Shown: piece after piece, positions 21,166-30,067 of the stretch
Layout: each line of letters opens with the position of its first letter
Position numbering within the stretch: the stretch's first letter is position 1
Source: an uncultured Verrucomicrobiota bacterium
Lineage (GTDB): Bacteria > Verrucomicrobiota > Verrucomicrobiia > Limisphaerales > UBA1319
Reading direction: 5' to 3'
NCBI GenBank assembly: GCA_964458325.1
Contig: CAYWIM010000001.1
Span: forward strand, 76,962-140,961
DNA: 64,000 nt
Made by a program: the position numbers and the translations under genes
Notes under the pieces: model-generated
What the model was told of the DNA's origin: nothing
The model's database searches: none
The model's input: the letters and a program-made list of their open reading frames with translations, nothing else

Positions 21166-22594
21166 GGCGGCCTCCTTCGATCCAGCGGAAGGCGAGGATG
21201 TACTGGAGAGGGGATTTGCCGCGGACCTGCTGGGTTTTGAGGTCGGCGACTTGGGGGAAAGCGCGGAGGCTGTCAAGGAGCTGGAGGAGCGCCTGATTAT
21301 CGCGGGCCTGGCCGGAGCAAATGACCTCGTTGCCGTTCTTGATCTGGACGTTCTTGGCCGAGACGGCGCCGTCCTCGGAATAGGCCTGGACGATGCGGAG
21401 GAGGATGCGGAGCGTGGGGGCGGACTCGTCGAACCAGGGGCGGTAAGCGCGGGTCTTGGTCTGGAGGCCTTCGGCGAGGCTCACTCGGGGCTGCATGGAT
21501 TGCCAGCGGTTTTCGAGCGACGAGAGCCGCCACTGCTGGATGAGAAACGCGGATCCGATGAGGAGGACGAGGGCGGCGGCCGCGGCGCCGGTGTAAGCGA
21601 TGCGCCGCGACGCGAAGCGGTTGACAAACTGGGTCCACGGGCTGACGCGAGGCGGGAGGAACTCGAAGAGGCACGGCTGTCCCTGGATGTGGCGCGCGGC
21701 AAGGCCGAGGGCGGAGGCGGTGCTGGTGCGAGCCAGCTGAGGGAACTCGCTGCCGTTGACCCGGGGTATCGATCCGGGCTCGACCGACATGCCCAGCGAG
21801 CGTGCGATCGGCCGGATGTGCTCGATCAGGGATTCCGCGGTGGGAGATCCGCCATAGACAACGACCTGGCGGATGGTATCGCGGAGCTCGCGGGGCAGCT
21901 GGCCGAGGGTGATCCGGATTTCACGCGCCAGGATGTCGAAGTCCGGCTGGTGGTCGGCGCCGTCCTTTTCGATGACGCCTTCGAGCGATCGGAGCGCGGC
22001 GATTCCGCCGGGGGCGGACACGAGCATGTCGATACCGGTCTGGCCGACGCCCAAGCTCAGCTGGCTGGGGGCCGGGGTGGGGGTGTAAGGCTCGAGGGCG
22101 GTGATGCCGAGGGAGAGGCTGATGGGTTTAAGTCGGGCGGCGCGGAGCGTTTTGGTCAGGAGGACGAGGTGATGTTGGGGGACGGCCAACAGGGATGCGT
22201 GCTGGTCGCCATTGGGGAGGCGGAAGCGGGAGGTGGAGATGGCCAGGTCGGCGGGGTCATACGGAAATCCTTGCTCGGCTTCGAGCTGGAGGAACCCGGG
22301 CACGTCGGCCTCGGGGATATCGGGGATCTTGCATGCGAGGGTCAGGACCCAACTCGAGGGGAGGCAGACGGTGCAATGGCGCTCGCGGATGCCGGCCTGG
22401 TCGAGGTGGTTGCGGATCTCGCGGCCGACCAGCTCGGGATCGTTGGTCAACGGATCCAAGGTCAGCGGGATGCTGAAGGTCTGGGAGATCCGGTAGCTGC
22501 CGTTGGACCGGTGGATGAGGACGCCATCCAGGTTGCGGCCATCGAGGTGGAGGCCGATGAGCGAAGCGGGGCGATGGGATTGGATGCTGAGCAT
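21155..22594 (-). CDS. GspL-like assembly protein (PilM-like cytoplasmic domain + TM + PilN-like periplasmic domain)
   Basis: 479 aa. The N-terminal approximately 300 aa are actin-fold-like (LIGLHLDGRNLDGVLI..., LSLGVGQTGIDMLV). A TM segment follows (IAYTGAAAAALVLLIGSAFLI), then a C-terminal periplasmic domain. Confidence 0.55.
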   Translation of the reverse strand: MLSIQSHRPASLIGLHLDGRNLDGVLIHRSNGSYRISQTFSIPLTLDPLTNDPELVGREIRNHLDQAGIRERHCTVCLPSSWVLTLACKIPDIPEADVPGFLQLEAEQGFPYDPADLAISTSRFRLPNGDQHASLLAVPQHHLVLLTKTLRAARLKPISLSLGITALEPYTPTPAPSQLSLGVGQTGIDMLVSAPGGIAALRSLEGVIEKDGADHQPDFDILAREIRITLGQLPRELRDTIRQVVVYGGSPTAESLIEHIRPIARSLGMSVEPGSIPRVNGSEFPQLARTSTASALGLAARHIQGQPCLFEFLPPRVSPWTQFVNRFASRRIAYTGAAAAALVLLIGSAFLIQQWRLSSLENRWQSMQPRVSLAEGLQTKTRAYRPWFDESAPTLRILLRIVQAYSEDGAVSAKNVQIKNGNEVICSGQARDNQALLQLLDSLRAFPQVADLKTQQVRGKSPLQYILAFRWIEGGRHED

Positions 22595-23955
22595 CAGCGT
22601 AACTCCATTTTGGCCAGCCAGTCTTTGCGGGTTTCGGCGCCCAGGGCCCAGCCGAGCCGGGCGCGGTCGCGCTGGTAGATGATTTTCGGCCGGCCTTCGG
22701 TGGTATCGAGGACGACCCAGCGGCGGCGGTAGCCGCGGCCGTTCTGGCCGAGGGCGACGATATCGAGGCCGAACTGGAAGGTGCGGGACGTGAGGTAAGG
22801 GCCGGCCTGGATGGCGGTTTGGCTATCGAGGACTTCGGCGACCCAGGCGATCGATGTCTGGTCGATCGACTTTGCGCGGCGGTAAGCGACCAGCTGATCG
22901 GCCTTTTCCGAATCGAGGCCTGGGATGCAGGCCAGGACAACGGCGGAGGCGGTATTGACATTGACGAGGCCCGCCATCTGGTTGGTGGCAACGAGGTAGC
23001 CATCGATCTCCTCGAACTCCTCGATGGACAGGCCGCTGCGGATGTAGAACTCGAGGAGGCTGGCGATGTTGGTGCTGCCGGCGAGCTGGGACTGGACCTG
23101 GGCGGCGCGTTCCTGGCCGAGGAATTCCTGCAGGATCGAGGCGAGCTCCTGGTTGGTGGCGCTCGAGACGCTGATGCGGTTGGTGCCGTCGCTGCGAAGA
23201 GACGATTCGCGGGTGTAGACGGTGAAATACTCGATGAGTCCGGGATCGAGGACGCCGTCGCGATCGTCGGGCGGGAGGGTGGCATCGCCGTCGTTCTCGT
23301 TCGGGTCGAGAACGCCGTTGCGATTGGTGTCCTCGCCAAAGAGGATCTCGTCGGAGGCGCCGGACAGGAGCCGGAGCTCCTCGACGGATTCGAAGGGGGC
23401 ATCCTTGGCGCGGTAGGGCGGGGTGCGGCGCAGGTACGTTTCGGATTCGGCGCCGTTGGCGGAGGCTTCGCTGTTGGTGTCGCGCCAGTCGATGATGGCG
23501 GCCGCCAGCTCCTCGGTCATGAGGGGGAGGGCCTGGAGCATCTCGAGCGTGGCGGTGTTCAGATTGAGCTTCGAGGCTTCATCCATGAGCCCGTAAACAG
23601 GCACCTCGGTGGCGTCCTCGGGATCGCATCGGCTGATCAGCCAGAACGTGGCATCGCCGATGCGGACGGCCTCGGAGCCGCAGTCCTGGTCGAAGGGCAT
23701 CTCTCCGATGTCGGCGTAGTTGGTGACGACCCAGCCGATGTAGCGGATAGCGCCGGCGATGGCCTGTTCGGCCTGGGCGCCCGCGGCATCGTGCTCGACG
23801 GCGCGGAAGTGCAGCAGCATCGAGTGTCCGAAATAGAGGGCGATGCTGATGAGGCCGAAGGTGATCCACAGCACGATGATGAGGACCGATCCGGCGGGGG
23901 CGGCGGCGGGGAGCGGACGCTCTTGGGGGGATCGGGATGGAGAGGAGAATCTCAT
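22594..23955 (-). CDS. gspK: GspK-like minor pseudopilin
   Basis: It has the N-terminal hydrophobic segment GSVLIIVLWITFGLISIAL and two helix-hairpin-helix-like blocks, KLNLNTATLEMLQALPLMTEELAAAIIDWRD and LVNVNTASAVVLACIPGLDSEKADQLVAYR. Confidence 0.7.
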   Translation of the reverse strand: MRFSSPSRSPQERPLPAAAPAGSVLIIVLWITFGLISIALYFGHSMLLHFRAVEHDAAGAQAEQAIAGAIRYIGWVVTNYADIGEMPFDQDCGSEAVRIGDATFWLISRCDPEDATEVPVYGLMDEASKLNLNTATLEMLQALPLMTEELAAAIIDWRDTNSEASANGAESETYLRRTPPYRAKDAPFESVEELRLLSGASDEILFGEDTNRNGVLDPNENDGDATLPPDDRDGVLDPGLIEYFTVYTRESSLRSDGTNRISVSSATNQELASILQEFLGQERAAQVQSQLAGSTNIASLLEFYIRSGLSIEEFEEIDGYLVATNQMAGLVNVNTASAVVLACIPGLDSEKADQLVAYRRAKSIDQTSIAWVAEVLDSQTAIQAGPYLTSRTFQFGLDIVALGQNGRGYRRRWVVLDTTEGRPKIIYQRDRARLGWALGAETRKDWLAKMELR

Positions 23956-24818
23956 CGGTTTCGGCTGGGTGTGGCGCCGCCGCCGGGGCCGCCGGTGCTC
24001 GATCCGCCGCCGGTATTGGGGCTGCCGCTGGCGCCGCCGGTGCTGGAGGTGCTGGCAGATGCGGCGGTGGAAGCGGAGTTGGTGCTGGAGGCGCCGCTGG
24101 TCTGGTTGGTGTTGGATTCGATGGCGACGGGGACGAGCATCTCGATCCAGACCTCATCGGGGCGGCGGGAGCCCCGGTTCAACTCGAGGTCGTGCTGGCG
24201 GCGCTGGATGGCGACGAGAACGGCCTGGGGGAGAGGGATCTCCTCGGTGTCGGGATCCCACGTATCGATCCATTGAGAGCCGTCATGGCATTGGAACCGG
24301 AACCCCTCGATGTCATGGAGGAGCGGTGTGGTCTCGTATTCCTCGACGGTGGAGGGGAGGAGATTGCGGGTGACGGTGCGGACGAGGTCGTAACCATTGG
24401 TGGGGTTGCGCCATTCGGGTTCCTGGAGATAATAGGCGACCTTTTGGATGTCGCCCCAGCAGGAATTATTATCGAGGCTGCCGCTGGCGGTGTAGAACTC
24501 GAGGCGGGAGAGGCGGGGATCGCTGCCGTTTTCGGCGGTCATCGAGCCGGCGAACGTGCCGCCAGGAGGGAGGATGCACTGGAGGTCGCGCTTGATGACG
24601 GCGAGGGCGCGCTGGATGGGGATGGCATCCTCGACCAGCTCCGTGGTGCGGGCGCGGAGCCGCAGGGCGGCGGAGAAGGTGGTGTTCATGGCCACGAGGA
24701 TGAGGCTGAAGATGAGGGTGGCGATGAGGATCTCGACCAGCGTAAAGGCATGGGTGGCCGCTGATCTCGATGGGGTCGAGGGCGAAGAAAGTGCGGATTG
24801 GAGGGGGGGCATCCTCAT
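23952..24818 (-). CDS. GspJ-like pseudopilin
   Basis: It has a prepilin-type motif (THA-FTLVEILIATLIFSLILV) after a 24-aa leader. Size and operon position fit GspJ. Confidence 0.55.
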   Translation of the reverse strand: MRMPPLQSALSSPSTPSRSAATHAFTLVEILIATLIFSLILVAMNTTFSAALRLRARTTELVEDAIPIQRALAVIKRDLQCILPPGGTFAGSMTAENGSDPRLSRLEFYTASGSLDNNSCWGDIQKVAYYLQEPEWRNPTNGYDLVRTVTRNLLPSTVEEYETTPLLHDIEGFRFQCHDGSQWIDTWDPDTEEIPLPQAVLVAIQRRQHDLELNRGSRRPDEVWIEMLVPVAIESNTNQTSGASSTNSASTAASASTSSTGGASGSPNTGGGSSTGGPGGGATPSRNR

Positions 24819-25231
24819 AGCGTGACTTCCGGGACGAGGGTGCTGATCCGAACGCTATGCTCCTGGTTTTGGACGGGGTAGAAGACCTCGACGGTGATGA
24901 GGCGGAGGGCGTTTTCGGTCCACGGATCGCGCCAGAGCTGCCAGCGGTATCCGGTCCAGGGCTCGTCGAATGCCCCGTTGAGGCTCGAAGAGCTCCACTG
25001 ATTGGAGAGGGTGAGCTCGTTGAGGAGGCGGTCGGCGAGCTGGGTGGCGGCGGTTTTGCGGACGGCGGCGACGCCGGCGTGGTTGGCGAGGCTGAGCCCC
25101 TGCATGGCGATGGGGATGACGATGGCCATGAAGACCATGGCGGCGAGGACCTCGGCGAACGTGAACGCCGCGCGGGGCCGAGGCCTACCGGGTCGTGTAG
25201 AACCACAGATTGGTGGGCTCGGTAATCTCAT
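24815..25231 (-). CDS. GspI-like pseudopilin
   Basis: It has a prepilin-type motif (RAA-FTFAEVLAAMVFMAIVI). The only ATG upstream of the motif is at 25231, which overlaps the gspH-like 3' end by 47 nt. The start is uncertain. Confidence 0.5.
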   Translation of the reverse strand: MRLPSPPICGSTRPGRPRPRAAFTFAEVLAAMVFMAIVIPIAMQGLSLANHAGVAAVRKTAATQLADRLLNELTLSNQWSSSSLNGAFDEPWTGYRWQLWRDPWTENALRLITVEVFYPVQNQEHSVRISTLVPEVTL

Positions 25232-25775
25232 AGTGCAGGCGGTTGCGCGACGGGATGATCGGGATGGGAGTCTCGTCGGCGGTGTCGTCGCAGAGCAGGA
25301 CCATGGCCAGGCTGTTTTCGTCAATGGCGCCATCGGGGAGGAACCGGATAATAGCGATTTGGTTGGTCAGGGGATGGTGGGGATCGATTTGGAAGGAGAG
25401 GTTGGTTGCGAGCTGGAACTCGACGGGCTGGTATTCGTGGATCTGGTTGCGGGAGGCCTCGAGGCGGCGCTGCTGGGGAACCTCATAGACGGCGGCGCCT
25501 TCCTCCTGGAGGCCGTAGAAACCGGTCTCGTGGTTGAGCCAGACGATCGTGGGGATGCCGGCGGAGATGGCGCGGTTTTGGGCGAAGCGGGTGAGCGTGA
25601 GGAACCGGTGGGCCTCGATCTCGATCGCGCGTCCGCGGTAGAAGCGGGCGAGGCGGGGGGCGGCGAGGGCGATGACGGCGCCGAGCATTCCGAGGACGAG
25701 GATCAGCTCGATGAGGGTGAAGGCCCGCCGATTAGCGCCGGGATCGGGTCTGATAATTGGTGATGTCATCTTCAT
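25185..25775 (-). CDS. GspH-like pseudopilin
   Basis: It has a prepilin-type motif (RRA-FTLIELILVLGMLGAVIAL). Candidate ATGs lie at 25775, 25769 and 25790, all overlapping the gspG 3' end. The start is uncertain. Confidence 0.5.
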   Translation of the reverse strand: MKMTSPIIRPDPGANRRAFTLIELILVLGMLGAVIALAAPRLARFYRGRAIEIEAHRFLTLTRFAQNRAISAGIPTIVWLNHETGFYGLQEEGAAVYEVPQQRRLEASRNQIHEYQPVEFQLATNLSFQIDPHHPLTNQIAIIRFLPDGAIDENSLAMVLLCDDTADETPIPIIPSRNRLHYEITEPTNLWFYTTR

Positions 25776-26211
25776 TGCCAGCCTGGCCATCGGGGCCGGA
25801 GGACATGAGGTCATAGGCGGTCTCGTTTTGGCGGCCGGGGCATTCATAGACATACTCGTTGCCCCAGGGGTCCTTGGGGATTTCGCCTTTGACATAGGGG
25901 CCGCGCCAATTGAGGGCCTCGCGGGGCTGCTCGACCAGGTCGAGCAGCCCGTCCTTGCCTTTGGGGTAATAGCCCACATCGACCTCGAAGGCGTCGAGGG
26001 CGATGCCGAAATTGGCGATCTGGGCCTGGGCGGCAGTGATGCGCGCCTGCTCGGTGCGGCCGGAGAACTTGGGGACGACGATGGCCGCCAGGGTGCCGAG
26101 GATGACGAGCACCAGGAGGAGCTCGACCAGGGTGAACCCGCCGGCGGGGCGCCGGCGGAGGCCGGGATGGCCTTCGGGAGAGGAGGGGTTCGGACGGGTG
26201 CAAGTTTTCAT
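25732..26211 (-). CDS. gspG: Major pseudopilin GspG
   Basis: The ATG at 26211 makes an ATGA overlap with the gspF stop. It reads ...PAGG-FTLVELLLVLVILGTLAAIVVPKF, then AQIANFGIALDAFEVDVGYYP, WRGPY and DPWGNEYVY. Confidence 0.85.
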   Translation of the reverse strand: MKTCTRPNPSSPEGHPGLRRRPAGGFTLVELLLVLVILGTLAAIVVPKFSGRTEQARITAAQAQIANFGIALDAFEVDVGYYPKGKDGLLDLVEQPREALNWRGPYVKGEIPKDPWGNEYVYECPGRQNETAYDLMSSGPDGQAGNEDDITNYQTRSRR

Positions 26212-27437
26212 TTGATATAATCTTGGATAGTGAAGATCGGGATGACCATGCCGATGAAAATGGTTCCGATGAAACCGGCGATAAAGAAGAGCATGAGGGG
26301 CTCGGCCAGGGCGACGGCGGTCTTCATCTGGCGGTCGAGGTCGGACTCGGTGACGTTGGCGAGGCGGACGAGCTCCTGGTCGAGGCGGCCGCTCTCCTCG
26401 GCGACGGAGACCATTTCGAGCACGGCGCCGCTGAAGAGGGTTGGGCAGCCGGCGAGGCTGACGCCGAGCGGCTCGCCTTTCTGGACGCGCTCGATGCTGG
26501 CGGAGACGGCATCGATGAGCGTTTGATTGCCGATGGAACGGCGGGCGACCTGGAGGCCGTTGATGAGAGGGACGCCGGCGCCGAGGAGGGTGCCGAGCAT
26601 CCGGCAGAAGCGGGCCATGGCGAACTTGGAGACCAGGGCGCCTACGACCGGGGCTTTGAGGATCACCTGCTCGCGGACGCGGTTGCCCTGGGGGGAGCGG
26701 AGCCAGTTGCGGAGCATGAAAAAGGCGACCGCTGCGACGATGGCGACGATGAGGCCATAGGAGCGGAGGACCGTGCTGGCGCCGACAATGACCTGGGTGA
26801 TGAGGGGCAGCGAGCCGCCGAATCCCTCGAAGATGACCTGGAATCGCGGGATGAAGAAGACGAGCAGGAACGTGAGCACGCCGATGGCCAGAACCAGGAG
26901 GATCGTCGGATAAAGGAGGGCGGTGAGCATCTTGGACCGAAGCTCCTTGTCGCGAGCCTGGAAATCGGCGATCTGGCCCAGGACGACATCGAGGAAGCCG
27001 CCGGTCTCGCCGGCCTCGACCATGGCGACATAGACGCGCGGGAACACCTGAGGCGACTGGGCCATGGAATCGGCCAGGGACAATCCGTCGATGACCAGGT
27101 CGTGGATCTCCTTCCATTTCTGGCTGGCGATGGGGGCGGCGGCCTCCTTGTAGAGGATGACCAGGGCGCGGCTCAGGGGGATGCCCGCGGCCAGCAGGCT
27201 GGAGAGCAGCCGGGTGAAGTCCTCGAGCATGCGGCCGGTGATCTTGCGGGACTGGATCCGGAGGGAAAAGCCGGCGGGATCGGACTTCTCGGCGGGGCGG
27301 GGCCGTTCGTTGAGGCGGACGGGCCGGAGGCCGCTGGCGGCCATGCGGCGGAGGGCATCCTGGCGGCCTTCGGCTTCGAGAGTGCCTTCGGCGATGGCGC
27401 CGTCGGACTGAAGGGCTCGATATTCGAAGACGATCAT
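26208..27437 (-). CDS. gspF: T2SS inner-membrane platform protein GspF
   Basis: 409 aa with the duplicated GspF-type domain (LSSLLAAGIPLSRAL / LGTLLGAGVPLINGL) and three TM regions. Confidence 0.9.
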   Translation of the reverse strand: MIVFEYRALQSDGAIAEGTLEAEGRQDALRRMAASGLRPVRLNERPRPAEKSDPAGFSLRIQSRKITGRMLEDFTRLLSSLLAAGIPLSRALVILYKEAAAPIASQKWKEIHDLVIDGLSLADSMAQSPQVFPRVYVAMVEAGETGGFLDVVLGQIADFQARDKELRSKMLTALLYPTILLVLAIGVLTFLLVFFIPRFQVIFEGFGGSLPLITQVIVGASTVLRSYGLIVAIVAAVAFFMLRNWLRSPQGNRVREQVILKAPVVGALVSKFAMARFCRMLGTLLGAGVPLINGLQVARRSIGNQTLIDAVSASIERVQKGEPLGVSLAGCPTLFSGAVLEMVSVAEESGRLDQELVRLANVTESDLDRQMKTAVALAEPLMLFFIAGFIGTIFIGMVIPIFTIQDYIK

Positions 27438-27440
27438 GGA

Positions 27441-29114
27441 TCAGGAGGGGTTGTCCAGGGCCTGGTCCTTGGCGACGCGGATGACCTCGTCCGGGGTGGT
27501 GATCCCCTGGCGGACGAGGCGCCAGCCGTCCTCGCGGAGGGTGCTCATTCCGTGCCGGCGAGCGGTTTCGCGGATCTCGCCGCTGGAGCAGTTCTTGAGG
27601 ATCATCTGGCGAAGATCGGTGGTTAAGCTCATCATCTCGAAGATGGCATGGCGGCCGACGTAGCCGGTTTGGCGGCATTCGCGGCAGCCGACGGCTCGAA
27701 AGAGGGTCGAGCCGCGCAGGGCGGGCTGGGATTCCTGGAGGGCCTGGACCGTGGGAGAGAGGTCTTGGGTTTTACAGTGGGTGCAGAGCACTCGGACCAA
27801 TCGCTGGGCGAGCACGGCTTCGAGGGAGGAAGCGACGAGATAGGGCTCGACTCCCATATCAACGAGGCGGGTGAGGGCGCCGGGGGCGTCGTTGGTATGA
27901 AGTGTGGAGAAGACGAGGTGGCCGGTGAGGGATGCCTGGACGGCGATCTGGGCGGTCTCCTGGTCCCGGATTTCCCCGATCAGGACGACATCCGGATCGT
28001 GGCGGAGGATCGAGCGGAGACCGCGGGCGAAGGTGAGCCCGGCCTTTTCGGACACCTGGATTTGGTTGACGCCTTTGAGCTGGTATTCGATGGGATCCTC
28101 GATGGTGATGATTTTGCGGACGGCGTCGTTGATTTCGTTCAGGGCGGTGTAGAGGGTGGTGGTTTTGCCGCTGCCGGTGGGTCCGGTAACGAGGACGATG
28201 CCGTGGGGGAGGCCGAGGACGTTCTGGAAGAGGGAGAACTCTCGTTCGGCCATGCCCAGGTCCGTCATGTGGTAGAGCGAGGTGTCCTGGCGGAGGAGCC
28301 GGAGGACGACCGCCTCGCCATGGAGCATGGGGATGATCGAGACGCGGATATCGACCTCGATATTGTTGATGCGGATCTTGATGCGTCCATCCTGGGGGAG
28401 GCGTTTTTCGGCGATATTGAGGTGGCTGAGGATTTTGACGCGGGAGACGATCGCGGGCTGGAAGCGTTTGACCTGGGCGGGGACGGGGACTTCCTGGAGG
28501 ACGCCATCGATGCGGTAGCGGATGCGGAGCTCGTCGGCGAACGGTTCGAGGTGGATATCGGAGGCGCGGAGATCGATGGCGTCGCGGAGGACCTGGTTGA
28601 CGAACCGGATGATCGAGGCGTCTTCGGCGGCGGTATCGAGGTCCGTATCCTCGCGCTCGCCTTCCTCGACGACCTGGAGCGGGGCTTCCTCCCCGAGGGT
28701 GTCGATGGTGTCGGCGCCGACGCCGAGGCGCTTCTTGATCTCGCGCTGGATGGCTTCGGTGGGGGCCAGGATGGGCTTGAGGCGCAGCCCGGTCAGGGTT
28801 TTGAGCGTGTCGAGGCCGCGGGTGGCGAACAGCCGGCTGGTGGCGACTTCGACCGAGCCGTTGACCCGCTGGAGGGGGAGGAGCTGTTCCTTGAAGAGGA
28901 TCCGGGCGGGGAACAGAGAAAGGAGCTGGCGGTCGGGCTTGATGTCATCGAGGGCCGAATAGCCGAGCTCGTATTCGTGGGCCAGCCATTGGAGGACGTC
29001 CTCCTCGGACTGGGGTTTGGAGCTGTCCGGCCGCTGGGACTGCTGCTCGAGTGTGTCCGCGTCCTCGATCGACAATTGCTGGGACTCGACCATTCGCTGC
29101 AGCAGCTCTTTCAT
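27441..29114 (-). CDS. gspE: T2SS ATPase GspE
   Basis: ATG at 29114 (MKELLQRMVE...). It has Walker A GPTGSGKTTT, the IITIEDPIEY and LRHDPDVVLIGEIRD boxes, and a tetracysteine motif (CTHCK...CRECRQTGY). Confidence 0.9.
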   Translation of the reverse strand: MKELLQRMVESQQLSIEDADTLEQQSQRPDSSKPQSEEDVLQWLAHEYELGYSALDDIKPDRQLLSLFPARILFKEQLLPLQRVNGSVEVATSRLFATRGLDTLKTLTGLRLKPILAPTEAIQREIKKRLGVGADTIDTLGEEAPLQVVEEGEREDTDLDTAAEDASIIRFVNQVLRDAIDLRASDIHLEPFADELRIRYRIDGVLQEVPVPAQVKRFQPAIVSRVKILSHLNIAEKRLPQDGRIKIRINNIEVDIRVSIIPMLHGEAVVLRLLRQDTSLYHMTDLGMAEREFSLFQNVLGLPHGIVLVTGPTGSGKTTTLYTALNEINDAVRKIITIEDPIEYQLKGVNQIQVSEKAGLTFARGLRSILRHDPDVVLIGEIRDQETAQIAVQASLTGHLVFSTLHTNDAPGALTRLVDMGVEPYLVASSLEAVLAQRLVRVLCTHCKTQDLSPTVQALQESQPALRGSTLFRAVGCRECRQTGYVGRHAIFEMMSLTTDLRQMILKNCSSGEIRETARRHGMSTLREDGWRLVRQGITTPDEVIRVAKDQALDNPS

Positions 29115-29138
29115 GGAAGATGGGGATTGAGAGTTTAA

Positions 29139-29164
29139 CCGGCGCGCGGTTGCCCGCGCGCCGG
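29139..29164 (-). terminator. GC-rich hairpin (11-bp stem CCGGCGCGCGG, 4-nt loop) downstream of the 29226..29768 gene
   Basis: Read directly: ccggcgcgcgg-ttgc-ccgcgcgccgg. On the minus strand it is followed only by a weak T-containing tract (TTAAACTCTC), so terminator function is tentative. Confidence 0.4.
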
Positions 29165-29225
29165 CTCCTGGTGGCGCCACCGTGGTTGGCCTGTGGAGTT
29201 ACGGCGGCCGCCAATCAATCACTGG

Positions 29226-29768
29226 CTAGCGGAGGAGGCCCATCATGACGGCCTGGCCTTCCTGGCGGACGGAGAGGAGCTTCTTGAGCTCTTCCTGGGC
29301 TTGCTCGAGCTTCTGCTCGGCAGCCTTCCGGCTCTCGCGCAGGGCGGTCAGCTTGGCCTTGATTTCGGCATTGGAAGCCTTGTCTTCGATGGCCTTCTGG
29401 AGGGCGGCGACTTCAGGATTTGGCTCGCCTCCGAATCCGCCGGGGCCGCCCTGGCCGGGCTGCCCGGGCTGGCCGGGTCCGCCGGTGCGCCGCGCGCCCA
29501 TGCCTCCGAAGCCGCCGAAGCCGCCCATGGTGCCGCGGCGGGCCTCCGAGACGGCCTCGATGCGGGCTTCGATGAGCTTCCATTCGGCGTCGTTGGTGAC
29601 TTCGAGCTGTTCGCGGTACCGTTCCATCATGCGCTCGCGCATCTGGGCCGGGTCGAAGTTGCCGCGTCCCTGGCGTTGCGGGGGTTGTTGGGCTTGTGTC
29701 GAGGTCGAGCCCGTTAAGAGGAAAGCCAGCCCAAGGCCAGCCACGAGGGTTGTCAAAGTTTTCTGCAT
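29226..29768 (-). CDS. Secreted helical protein with a central Gly-rich low-complexity region, function unknown
   Basis: It has a signal peptide (MQKTLTTLVAGLGLAFLLTGSTSTQA) and the stretch GGFGGFGGMGARRTGGPGQPGQPGQGGPGGFGG flanked by charged helices. Confidence 0.6.
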   Translation of the reverse strand: MQKTLTTLVAGLGLAFLLTGSTSTQAQQPPQRQGRGNFDPAQMRERMMERYREQLEVTNDAEWKLIEARIEAVSEARRGTMGGFGGFGGMGARRTGGPGQPGQPGQGGPGGFGGEPNPEVAALQKAIEDKASNAEIKAKLTALRESRKAAEQKLEQAQEELKKLLSVRQEGQAVMMGLLR

Positions 29769-30067
29769 ATCGCCATCCAGTCAGGTGTTTGTTGGTTTGC
29801 GTCTAGTCCCCCGGGGCAAATTGCTGCCTGAGGGCCAAAACGATCGACTGCAATAGCAAGAGGAGTGCCAAGCCGCCGCAGGCGGTTTTGAGAGGGAGGC
29901 AAGGGCTTGCCGGAGCTGAGTTTGCGCAACTATTACCCAATTCACCGGTAAGTGCGCAAATTATGCGCAGCCCGGACGAGGGCGGCTTTGCTTCTCCATG
30001 GATCGGAGATCGAGCCAGGGCAGATTTTGATCGGCAACAGGGGGGGGCGGTGGCATGGTGGGGGACC

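Noticed and set aside
18150-22678. 728-aa and 922-aa plus-strand ORFs (18150..20336, 19910..22678) antisense to T2SS genes
   Set aside because: They have no motifs and low-complexity G/R/A/E-rich translations. The minus strand encodes a coherent secretion operon.
26212-27678. N-terminal 489 codons of the 648-aa ORF 25732..27678
   Set aside because: The translation is Pro/Arg/His-rich nonsense overlapping gspF and gspE in other frames. Only the last 159 codons, from the ATG at 26211, form GspG.
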